Positions 25,889-37,085 of a DNA stretch of 64,000 nt are shown here, one piece after another. The position numbers and the translations under genes are program-made. This DNA is from Octopus bimaculoides. Taxonomy: Eukaryota. The stretch is taken from the NCBI RefSeq assembly GCF_001194135.2, contig NC_068987.1:43553267-43617266 (forward strand). Reading direction: 5' to 3'. Below the pieces are notes generated by a model that was not told the origin of the DNA, ran no database searches, and worked only from the letters and a program-made list of their open reading frames with translations. Within the stretch, counting starts at the first letter, position 1; each line of letters starts with the position of its first letter.

Positions 25889-26215
25889 TCATCATCATCG
25901 TTTAACGTCCGCTTTCCATGCTAGCATGGGTTGGACGATTTGACTGAGGACTGGTGAAACCAGATGGCTACACCAGGCTCCAATCTGATTTGGCAGAGTT
26001 TCTACAGCTGGATGCCCTTCCTAACGCCAACCACTCAGAGTGTAGTGGGTGCTTTTACGTGTCACCCGCACGAAGGCCAGTCAGGCGGTACTGGCAACGG
26101 CCACGCTCAAAATGGTGTATTTTATGTGCCACCCGCACAAGAGCCAATCCAGGGGCACTGGCAAAGATCTCTACGAAGGTCAGTCAGGCGGTACTGGCAA
26201 TGGCCACGCTCTTAT
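25889..26215 (-). mobile_element. SINE-like repeat with (GAT)n tail and internal duplicated module
   Basis: Inverse of 40500-40888; a short tail-only copy lies at about 33725-33775. Confidence 0.75.
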
Positions 26216-28060
26216 GACCCTAGATACATCATACTTAAAAGTTTAAAAAATGAGATGGACAATGTTAGAATGCCTTCAATCAGTCCTACTTAACTAGGGT
26301 TGACCTGTGGCTAAACAACTTCTGCCTTACATAATTAGTTTTATGCCTAGTTGCAAAGAAATACATTTAAAAATTTACTTTTTTTTCTTTTTAATGGGGA
26401 AAACAAATTCCTGACTCAGACACTATTTTACAAGTACAAAAGTGGGGAAATGATATCNNNNNNNNNNATGTTTTTACATTGAAATATTTCAATAATCAAA
26501 ACATGTCTGAAAAGTATAAAAATATTAAGCATAAAAAGTGTAGTGGGAAAGGTGTAGCAAAAAATGTTGAGGTAGCAAATGAAATAGACATGTGGATGAC
26601 ATCAAAGTAAAACAATAGGAAAGCATCGCATTGTGGTTTAAATAATTTATTTAATCGACACTCACATTTACATGTTGTATACACCAGAAAACTCACTACA
26701 TGACATTACCAACTTGCTTCGAGTTGGCGAAGAAGAAAAACAGGGAAAATATTGTGTCGATGTGATGAGATAGAACTGGGCATGTTTTGTGTCTACGTGT
26801 GCGTTGGTCATTTGGTGGTGTCTGTTTATGTTCTGCTACTGTGTTGGGTCATTCATGCTGAATATGTGGTTCTAAGTTGGCTGCTTGACTGGTGCAAGTT
26901 ACTTGCTGGCTGTCTCTTGACAGTTCGCCTGGTGATAGCTATCTGCCTTTGTCGTATGTCTGACTGTATTTATAATGGTCATGACAGCTAGAAGGACAGA
27001 CATACTACAGGAGTGATTTGCACCTATGTAAGTCGCCTCCTGTCCACTTGAACCTTAAATGACACGGCTCAGACCATAGGTCAAAGAGAAAAACCATCCA
27101 TCACTTTTTGACAGGACAAAGAAATTTCTTTCGCGCCTGTTTGGTCAGTGGTGGATCAGACGAGCGAGAATCTTTAGATTCGGTTTTGAATCTCAGCTCG
27201 GAAAAAGGAAGTGTCAGTTTTTACAAAAGTTGTGATTTGTTTTGTGATTTTTTTTTTTTTTTGCAATATTAAATTTTATTATTCTGTTTTTGCATTAAAA
27301 TGTAAATATTAAAAACAGTAAAATAAAAAAAAATTCACTCATTAAAAAACATTATTAATTATTTAATTAGAATATAACATTATTTTATAATAAAAATTGT
27401 TTTGTAACAGATATGCTGCTATTAATCCTTTGTTATTTCTAAGGACAAACAAAATTTCTAAGTTTGAACAAAATCTGAATTTTAAAAATATTTATAATAG
27501 TATCATTTTTTTTCAATTATAAATTATAAAGATAAATATAATTAATTATAATAGTAGAAGCATTGCCTGGTAAAAGGTAGACAAGAATGAAAAATACAGG
27601 TGCAGAATCCTAGAATATTGAACCTGGAAAAGTACAGAACAAGCAGCAATTAAGTCTGGAAAAGTACAGGACAAGAAGGAAAAAAAAACTTAAAATATTG
27701 CTGCTGAATTTGGAATTTGTTAAATAGATTTCTGAAATTGTTCATCAAATAATGTGTGCACTGTTTTGTTTTTTATATTTATTCTCACAACCATTGGAGT
27801 GCTAATGCTCCTCATGACAGCAGGTCAGTGAGATGGTTGTGACTTGTAAATAGTTTTGAGTAGGAACCAGAAAGAGAAGTATGAACCCGCAATGCATATG
27901 TCACGTCTTGCTTTATCTCACTGTTTCAATTATGCAGATAACACCTTGTAAATACATATATACTCCTATTATTGTCCTGACAAGATATTAGGCACCAAGC
28001 ACTTACTAACTACAGTTTTATGTAATTTCCGTCTTTTTATGTGAACCACTTCAGTTTCCC

Positions 28061-28446
28061 AGTGGAGGCGCAATGGCCCAGTGGTTAGGGCAGTGGACTC
28101 GCGGTCATAGGGCCGCAGTTTCGATTCCTAGACTGGGCGTTGTGAGTGTTTATTGAGCGAAAACACTTAAAGCTCCACGAGGCTCCGGCAGGGGATGGTG
28201 GCGAACCCTGCTGTACTCTTCCACCACAACTTTCTCTCACTCTTACTTCCTGTTTCTGTTGTGCCTGTAATTCAAAGGGTCAGCCTTGTCACACTGTGTC
28301 ACGCTGAATATCCCCGAGAAATACGTTAAGGGAACACGTGTCTGTGGAGTGCTCAGCCACTTGCATGTTAATTTCATGAGCAGGCTGTTCCATTGATCGG
28401 ATCAACTGGAACCCTCGTCATCGTAAGCGACGGAGTGCCAATAAAA
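28061..28446 (+). mobile_element. Full-length tRNA-derived SINE with 13-bp target-site duplication
   Basis: A box TGGCCCAGTGG, B-box-like GTTTCGATTCC, AATAAAA end; ACTTCAGTTTCCC at 28048-28060 and 28447-28459. Confidence 0.9.
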
Positions 28447-29939
28447 ACTTCAGTTTCCCCTAATGCTCTGAAAATAGTAGACACATTTTTACAGAATCCC
28501 AGATGCAAAACCTGTGTTTTTGTAGGGGACTTTAAGGTGCAACAATTTTAACAACTACAGGCAACTAGAGGATATTGATATATTTTATACTATCAGGTAT
28601 GGTGTTACAACTGACACATTAACTCAAAAAACAATTCTTTGCCTGTCCATAAATAATTATTCATCAAGATTAAAGCAGGTATTAATGATATTCTAACTTA
28701 AAATTCATCTGGTGTTGTTCGTTTGTTGTCCCTCACAACTGAAGATAGTGTTCATAAATTGAAAAATTTGAATTCAATACTATGATTTAAAGTTATTAGA
28801 AACTTAAATTCTACATTATTGGGTTCATGGACAATTTCCTGGCACCAATGTATTGCTAAATACCATAGAAAAGGAGCAGGAAAGGTGTACCATTGAGGCA
28901 TCACATAAGATATATGTTTAACAAGTTATATGATGGACTGTATGCTACATCCAACACCACTATCATGCAACTTTGCTGCAATTTTCTTGTTTACATTTCA
29001 TTGCAAATTTTTAAAATTTAAGTTAATAATTTTGATTTAAAATTTTCTTTGTATGAAGCTAAAATATTTCTGTCTTATTTTTAGTATTATATTATTTTTT
29101 AATTTTATTTTCTTAACAAAACTCATTATTCAAAAATTTTAAATCACATGTATTGTGTTATCAAATTAAACTCATGTAGAATATATGTAATTCAAAAGAG
29201 TAAAAAATAGTAAAAAATATATTTTTTAAAGATACAAAAGAATAAATTTCTTTAAAGTTTGCGTTATGAGATAACACAGTACTTTCTATTTGCAGTTGGG
29301 AAAATATATAATGAACAAATTGAGTGCAAAATGTAGAAATGACTCTAGCTATTTTAAAAAATCTGCCTGAATAATTTATGAAAGAATTGGTAAGGAGGTA
29401 ATTTATCTATTTATGAAGCTTCAAGAAAGCTGAGTTTTTCAGTTGTTCTCAAGACAGTAGCTGAGAGAGGCATAACCTAACACCATCAGATTTGAAAACA
29501 ACAGTTGGAGATGGGCTTATGGTGTTGGTGGCCAGAGTGACCCTGAGTTTGTGGGGTTCCGTAATTGGGCCTAGTTGGAGGCTGTTCGTATCAGGAGGAT
29601 GGTATCATCTATGTATTAGCATATTTTGTATATTTTTTTCACTAGTATAAGTGCAAGAGCTGCAGCCATGCTGGGGCACTGCCTTTGTAACTGCTTTTTA
29701 CTCATTTCTTTACCAACCCACCTTTTCCTTTCTCCCTCACCATTTTTACATAAATTTCCCCACACAAATTATAAACTGTTCTTGTAATGTCCCTCTGCCC
29801 CACACTCAACAGATGCTCTAGAGGCAAATGAAACATATGATGATGAGCATCATCATCGTCATAATCATCCTCATCACCATCATCATTACCATCATCATCA
29901 TCTTTACAACAAATATCACCACCATCATTATCACAATCA

Positions 29940-30190
29940 TCATCATCGTCATCATCAATAATAATAATAATGGTTTCAAATTTTGGCACAAGGCCAGCAA
30001 CTTTAGGGTAGGGATTAAGTCAATTACATCGACTCCCAGTGCTCAACTGGTACTTATTTTATTGACCCTGAAAGGATGAAAGGCAAAGCTGACCTTGATG
30101 GAATTTGAACTGAGAACTAAAGACAAACAAAATGCCACAAAGCATTTTGCTTGGTGTGCTAAGGATTCTGCCAGCTCACTGCATTAATAA
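29940..30190 (-). mobile_element. Family A SINE flanked by (CAT)n and (TAA)n microsatellites
   Basis: Reverse complement of the 36900-type SINE. Confidence 0.7.
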
Positions 30191-30211
30191 TACTAATACT
30201 ACTACTACTAC

Positions 30212-30242
<31 letters not shown>

Positions 30243-30553
30243 TTGATTCTAAATTTTTGAAATAAAACCATAATAATGAAGTTGTATATTGTCATATTAC
30301 AGATGGTATTGCCAAAGGTATTGACCAAGCTGAAACCTGAGAATGACTCCACAGAAAATTATTGATAAGTATATTTATGATGGCATGGATTGCTTTATGA
30401 GTAAGTTACCAGACACCCAGCCAAGAGATCAAGCTTTACTTTCCAGTACAGGTCACAGTAGAGCCAAGACTCACCGCTTCACAGCTGCATCACTCTAGCT
30501 GAAAATAGCTAGAATGCCGTATGTAGGATCAACCCGTCACTATAAGTAGACAC

Positions 30554-30930
30554 CACAATGAGGAACAGTTCACTTAGCTGTAAAGAATATCACTGTGAAA
30601 TATAGTCAACTTAGCCATAAAAGGATATGACAGGAAATACAATCCACTGAACTGTAAAAGGATACCACAGCGAGGTAAGTTCATGTAGCTGCAATAAGAT
30701 ATAATCCATCTAGATGTAAAGACATAACCACAGTAAAGTGTAGTCTATCTAGCTGTAAAGCGAAAGCACAAGGAGATACAGTCCATTTGGCTATAAAAAG
30801 ACACTACAGTAAGGAATAGTCTACCTAGCCAAAAAACAAATGCTACAGTAAGGTGAATCCAACTAATGGTAAAAAGGCACCAGTAAAGAACAGTTCGCCT
30901 AACAATACAAATGCACCACAGTGCCACAAT
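30554..30930. repeat. Degenerate tandem repeat, about 38-bp unit, about 10 copies
   Basis: CACAG-like unit starts at 30554, 30591, 30629, 30666, 30729, 30767, 30805, 30844, about 30880 and 30917; recurring AGTCYAYYTAGCTGTAAA core. Confidence 0.75.
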
Positions 30931-30973
30931 GTCCTTATTAAAGACTTCAATGTCAGATTTTCTATTCACCACT

Positions 30974-31428
30974 TTAACCCTTTTGTTACCATATTTCTGT
31001 TGAAATACACTGCTTTTGTTTCAATTAATTTTGAAAATTGTGAAGAATTTAGGAAATAGGTTTGTTATTATTAAAATGTTTTTTTTTTATCTCTTTATTC
31101 TCTATCCCTTCCTGAAACTAGCTTCTGCAACCAGTCCACTTCCTTTCTGAAATTAGTTGATGCTATTTTGAAATAATTTTCAGAATAATTTTATTCTGAA
31201 CTTTAATCCTCTTGTTAACATATTTCTGTTTAAATACACTGTCTTTGTTTCAATTAATTTTGAAAATAATGAAGAATTTTGAAATATGACTTTCTGATTA
31301 TTAAGCTGCTGTTCAAAACAATCTAACATATTAATTTTGATGGAAGATCTTAATTTAGATCTCTTTAAAACAAGAAGTTCATATAGAACCAGGAACTGTT
31401 TCAGATAGGTTAGTGTTAAAAAGGTTAA
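30974..31428. mobile_element. piggyBac-like MITE with a duplicated left end
   Basis: TTAACCCTT start at 30974, repeated at about 31203; AAGGTTAA end at 31421-31428 (TTAA target). Confidence 0.5.
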
Positions 31429-31679
31429 GGACTTTATACTAACCCTCTCATTATAACAGTATAATGAAATTGAAGGCTTGTGATACCTGTAGAATATCTC
31501 CTTCTTCCATTACAATTATTTCTGTAGTTTTAAGAATCTGGAACTCAAAGAAGAAGAAGCTTACAAATGTAGTGCAATTCAATAGTTGTTTATTTTAGTT
31601 CTCATTCATGTGGCTTGCTCCCAGTGACCATCTTATGGCAGCACATGGTTCGTTATATCTCTGTTCACATGAGGTACAT

Positions 31680-31945
31680 TACCTCTGGAGATAACAGGTG
31701 AAGTTAGAGTGGGATAAGGATCTGTTGTGAGCTGCCAGCTTGCAGTGTTTCTCAGTGTAAGCGAGAAGGAAGAAAAAGAGAGTAAATGTCTTAATGCTTC
31801 TACTTATATAGTAATTGCCGACAAGAGTCTCGCTGTCGTCTCGTGCATGGCAAATGGTTGCAGGCAAGATCTCGCTTCTGTCTTGGACATGGTAATGGCT
31901 ACCAGCGAGATCTCATACAAAATGGTGCTGGCTTCTTGTGCCTCA
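31680..31945 (-). repeat. Solo copy of the segment found 5' of the ORF1 element at 48659
   Basis: About 180 bp homologous to 48659-48840 in inverted orientation (CACAAGAAGCCAGC-CCATTTT...GAGATCTC). Confidence 0.75.
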
Positions 31946-32559
31946 CTACAACAGCAAAAAGCATGGTGAGTAGATATGTTAGAGATAGCACCCAACTGTA
32001 CTCAAAAAATGAAGGGTGCATTAGATGAGGTATCCCTAGATGTACCATGTACCATGCATTCCTAGATATTCTATGTCTGATCAAAAGACAAGATTAAAAG
32101 GATTTTTGACGATTGACATGGAAAGTGAGGTTGAAAATATAATAATTAAACCCCCATTTTGTATTTCTAAAATATATTTTATAATATTAAGCTACATCAA
32201 ATTCCTGCTATAACAGAAAACATAGAAGTTTTGCCAAAATGGAAGATTATTATCTTAAATTTGACCCAGTTTAATTTAAACCTCACACATTTACTTCTTT
32301 TTGTTGAAGGTAAGTGGATTTATATATCTTAGTGTGAAGACAGGGAAAGCCCCCGGCCCATCAGGAATCACTGCAGAGATNNNNNNNNNNNNNNNNNNNN
32401 NNNNNNNNNNNNNNNNNNNNNNNNNNNNNNNNNNNNNNNNNNNNNNNNNNNNNNNNNNNNNNNNNNNNNNNNNNNNNNNNTGTTAAATTTCCTCTACTAC
32501 ATTATGAATTGGTCTGATAGTAGTAAAAAAAAAATCCAACCTAGAATTGTGTTGCCACT

Positions 32560-33240
32560 ATGACCAGAATAATCTTTATAACTATATCCATGTATAATGT
32601 TTACCCCTTCCCTTTCCTTATAAGAGAAAGGCTGGTTGCTCCCCTTAAGCTTTAAATCACTAGATAAAAAAACAAATAAAATCAGGGACAGTTAAAATTC
32701 TGCCTAGTTCTGACAAGAACTAGAAGACCATAGATTTCAAGTTTGTTTCCACCTAGTGATTGAACCTTGTCGTCTACTAATCTTAATGCCTCATTGAAGA
32801 TGTCATCATTGAATGTGACACCACTGCCACACTGATACTGAATTCTTTGAAGAATGTCTTCAGAAAGCCCCTCCTTGTTTTGCACAAAAGTTGATTTGAT
32901 TTGACAATCCACAGTTCACCATCATGATGGAGAAGAGGTTTCTCAGCTGCATAGGAGACTTGCACATTTGTGCCTCTGTCAGAGTGGCATCCCAGTGTGC
33001 ATCATCTTCCAGAAGACATCTGAGATAGCAAACCTGCCAATATGTTTGATATACTGTGTTATAAACCATACTTAAGGCTGTAAATGATGTGGGTTCCTTA
33101 ATATGGTGTAATAGAAGCCTTAGAAAGTAGCACCCTGAGTAGTTTTTGAGAACTGTTCCCCACTCGAAGGTGTTTTGGAACAAGTCATCCATATTTGTTT
33201 CTTTGACTGGGATGTAAATCCATAGAAACTCCATCCCCAG
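32560..33240 (-). mobile_element. Helitron Rep/Helicase fragment
   Basis: YFLRLLLHHIKEPTSFTAL...LLEDDAHWDATLTEA...QLRNLF, typical of the region between Rep and helicase. Confidence 0.8.
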
Positions 33241-33872
33241 TTGTAATTAGAAACCTAGTTACAGCTATAAATAGAAGAATCTCCAAGCTATAAACAGATA
33301 GAGGAACCTTCAACAAGTCTCCTTCCATAATAAGAAGCATCAGCAAGGAGTGGATTCACTGAGAAGTTAGAATATATGGAGGACACTCCTACCCCAACAC
33401 TGAACCCAAAGAGAGCCATAAAGAGAAAAATAATCTGGTTCAATCTTTCATCTAACTTGGAAATTTCAACCAGCATAGCTAGGAGCCTCTTGATGCTAAT
33501 TAAGAAATGCTTCCCTAAAATCCATATTATGGATTACCATGTGATCTGTTAGCTGAGTCTGCTAGAGAAGCTTTCTGTCTTGGCCACATGATTCTAGTAG
33601 TCCATATATTACATTAAATATTTATTCTGCTCTACTCATTAACTGCCCCCACCCCAACGCTTAATGAACATACACACACGCATACACTCATAAATAGACA
33701 AAAATACATTGAGATGCATGTACATCACCATCATCATCATCGTTTAACGTCCGCTTTCCATGCTAGCATGGGTTGTGTTCATATAAAGATAGATACACAT
33801 ACAACACACATATGCATATATTATGTACATGTATATTATACAGTTACACAGAGATATATATAATATATATAT

Positions 33873-33907
<35 letters not shown>

Positions 33908-33945
33908 CATACATATATAAGTGTATATATGTGTGTGTGTGTATG

Positions 33946-33979
<34 letters not shown>

Positions 33980-34124
33980 TTACTTGGAGAATGGAGCAAC
34001 AAATACAAGAAAAAGCATTTTCGTTGGACTAGATAGCCGTTGTTTTATTATGTGGAGCTTGTGAAATGAGTCAGTGTGGAGGTTTAGGTTATGTAATGAG
34101 TCATTTTGTATATTATGTCTTAGT

Positions 34125-34176
34125 CACTTACGTACGTTTCGATGCAGCCAGTAGTTTGGCCGATCTCTTCAGAGTG
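34125..34176 (-). ncRNA. Minimal type I hammerhead ribozyme, probably in a Penelope-like or retrozyme repeat (about 34010-34545)
   Basis: Minus strand reads CACT-CTGAAGA-GATCGGCCA/AACTAC/TGGCTGCATC-GAAA-C-GTAC-G-TA-AGTG: intact CUGANGA and GAAA core, stems I-III, GUA cleavage triplet. Confidence 0.8.
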
Positions 34177-34899
34177 TTGAAGGGTATATTCGAAGTTTNN
34201 NNNNNNNNNNNNNNNNNNNNNNNNNNNNNNNNNNNNNNNNNNNNNNNNNNNNNNNNNNNNNNNNNNNNNNNNNNNNNNNNNNNNNNNNNNNNNNNNNNNN
34301 NNNNNNNNNNNNNNNNNNNNNNNNNNNNNNNNNNNNNNNNNNNNNNNNNNNNNNNNNNNNNNNNNNNNNNNNNNNNNNNNNNNNNNNNNNNNNNNNNNNN
34401 NNNNNNNNNNNNNNNNNNNNNNNNNNNNNNNNNNNNNNNNNNNNNNNNNNNNTATACATCATTAGATGTATACCTGACTTTCCTATATAAAATTAGGAAT
34501 ATAAACGGAACGCTGAACTCCAGACTATCAACTTAAACAACATTTATTTAGGTGGTAAATATATACATCTTTTGCTCTTGTTTGTTGTTACAGCTTCTGT
34601 GTGTGTGAGCATAGTTGTTGGGATGTTGCGAGTGTAAGTCCGAAAGATGGAGAGTGACAGCTAAACACGTCCATGCTCTATTGCTGGCCAGCAAGAAAGA
34701 GACTGTCTCCAGGTTGGAATGTTGGAGACACTGCTTGACACGTCCATGCTCATGGCCGGCCGACCGACTGAGAAAGAGAATGAATTGAGCGGGAACGCTT
34801 GGTTGTTTAATTCCACGCATGCGCACGGCGTTACTACACATATATATGTACATACATACATATATAGATATGCATATATGGGTACAGGATGTCACAAAA

Positions 34900-35500
34900 C
34901 ATAAGCAACATGAAATACGAAAATAAAGTTGGGTACGCAAACAGTGAGAGAAACAAATAGAAAATAAAACAAGTAACATAAGGAATGATCCTTCATCAGT
35001 TGTCAGCTGTCCCTCTACTCCTTATTTCGAATACTGAATGACCATATATAAGACTTTGAAGGCAGTTGGTCCCACAAATCAAAATAAAATTTGGGATTTG
35101 CGGAGGATCAAAGTTGGTAACTAAAACAGGACAGTGGAGACATACAAGGAAACCAAATGAAAACAAACATAGAAGGTCGATAGACCAGACAGGTAAAGTA
35201 GTGAACACTGGAGAAATATTGTCTTTGGCAAGAGAAAAAATAGAAGAGGAGATAGATAGGAATACGTGCAGTCTGTAGAACAGCAGTGGAGGAAGAGAAA
35301 GATGATCAGATGAGGAAAAGATGGATGATGGTCACGTATGAGTAATGAGAGAGAGTAAAGGAGAAAGAGGGAGAGAGAGAGAGAGACAGATAGATAGAAA
35401 ATGGTGATGGGGAGAAAAAAGAATTAGAGAAAGAATGAGAGAGAAAACGAAAGGGGAAGAGAGAGAGAGAACAGTAAAGGGTAGAGTCACATAAAAAATA
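34900..35500 (-). repeat. Unclassified interspersed repeat, possibly a Penelope-type terminal region
   Basis: CT-rich tract followed by non-coding sequence containing CTGATGAAGG; class not established. Confidence 0.3.
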
Positions 35501-35514
35501 TCAAGATAAAATTA

Positions 35515-35551
<37 letters not shown>

Positions 35552-36899
35552 CTTATATATATATATATAATACTCATATGGACGTGCAAACATATAAACA
35601 CAGAAATACACATAAAGAAATATAAACATATAAAGGACAACAGGAAATATTGTGTGTGAGTGTGTGTGCGTTTGTGTGTGTGTGTGTGTGTGTGTGTGAA
35701 TATGCACACACACATACAATATACTTTGTTAGCTAACTAGTTTTATTATCTACAGCTGCTTTCATAAATTATGTCTTGCTTTTTTTACTTTGACCCATTT
35801 AATTGTTTTATTGAAGCATGAAAGTTTATAATAACAAACAGTTTAGTATATTTTCTGAATGACATGGCAACATTGTGTGAACATATTAATTAAAGTAGAA
35901 TAGAATAAACAATTAATATGTTTATTTAAAGATCAAGCACTGGTGTCAAAACACACTAGACTTGTTACACATGGCTCACCAGACAAGAAAAACAAGAGAA
36001 AAATGCCAAGACTGAAAAGCCTTGATGTCCAACAAGAAAGTACTTTAGTTCACTGAAATGTCTGTATATCCAAGATCCTTAATTCTTAACAGCCCATTCT
36101 ACCCAGCTGTAAGTAGGTACAATATTGTGGTATTAGTTTACTTGGTACCATTTCTTGTGTGAATGCAAGGTAAGAAATGTCTCAGATATATAAATACATG
36201 CAAATGCCAATTCAGATATAATATTTATTTTGATGACAAGTAGCATGAAAGTGGTACATACACAGTATACAAGGGTTAAAAAGGGTAAAGACCCCCTTCA
36301 GTCATGAGTGACCATGGGATTGTGCCTAGAAAGATCCCCTCTGGGGCAAAAGTCTGAGCAAGGTTGTTTATGGAAGACCAGCAGTCGCCCAAGCATACCA
36401 GCCTCCCCTCTCTGCGCCACCAATGTCATGCAAGGGAAAGGTAAAGGCTGATACAGCTTGACACCAATGATGTCGCAACTCATTTCTACTGCTGAATGAA
36501 CTGGAACAATGTGAAATAAAGTGTTTTGCTCAAAAACACAACACACAGCCTGGTCTTTGCATAAATTAACCAAAAATGAGCTGAGAGAAATAACTCATGG
36601 CCAGTAGCATGAATATGGACAACATAGAAAAAATATAGGCATATCAAATCCATACAATATGAATTCTTGATTTATTAAAATTACCTCCACCTCTTGAGGA
36701 TGTGTCTCAATTACCAGCTCCTTATGAGAGAAGGAGATAATCTCAGGAATCAAGAATTCTTCCTAGTTGACATGCCATTACAGAAAAGACAGGCTTATTG
36801 TCTGAGATCAAAAAACAATCATGGACATGGACATGTTGTTCTCCCTCAATAGGCGACTCAGTGGTATGACTTTGATTTTTAAAAATATTACATGTACTG

Positions 36900-37085
36900 A
36901 AGGTGGAGAGCTGGCAGAATCGTTAGCATGCTTAAGGCAGCAAGCTGTCAGAAGCGTTAGCATGCCGGGCAAAATGCTTAGCAATATTTCATCTGCCATT
37001 ACGTTCTGAGTTCAAATTCCGCTGAGGTCGACTTTGCCTTTCATCCTTTCAGGGTTGATAAATTAAGTACCAGTTATGCACTGGG
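36900..37085 (+). mobile_element. Family A tRNA-derived SINE with a locally duplicated head
   Basis: GGAGAGCTGGCAGAATCGTTAGCATGC...GTTAGCATGCCGGGC...CTGAGTTCAAATTCCGCTGAGGTCGAC. Confidence 0.8.

Noticed and set aside
25940-25975. CTGAGGA...GAAA hammerhead-like spacing (also near 55865 and 43120)
   Set aside because: No stem II can form and stems I and III are absent.
28064-28140. Possible tRNA gene
   Set aside because: No proper acceptor stem; continues into a SINE body bounded by a 13-bp TSD.
29702-30079. Poly-Asp, poly-Ile and poly-Met ORFs; also YIYIYI, THTH and RERE ORFs elsewhere
   Set aside because: Translations of (CAT)n, (TA)n, (CA)n and (GA)n microsatellites.
30554-30930. CRISPR-like periodicity
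   Set aside because: Units are contiguous and diverged with no unique spacers; eukaryotic context.
34970-35000. Second hammerhead (CTGATGA-AGGA-TCAT-TCCT on minus)
   Set aside because: The GAAA core is missing; at best a decayed motif.
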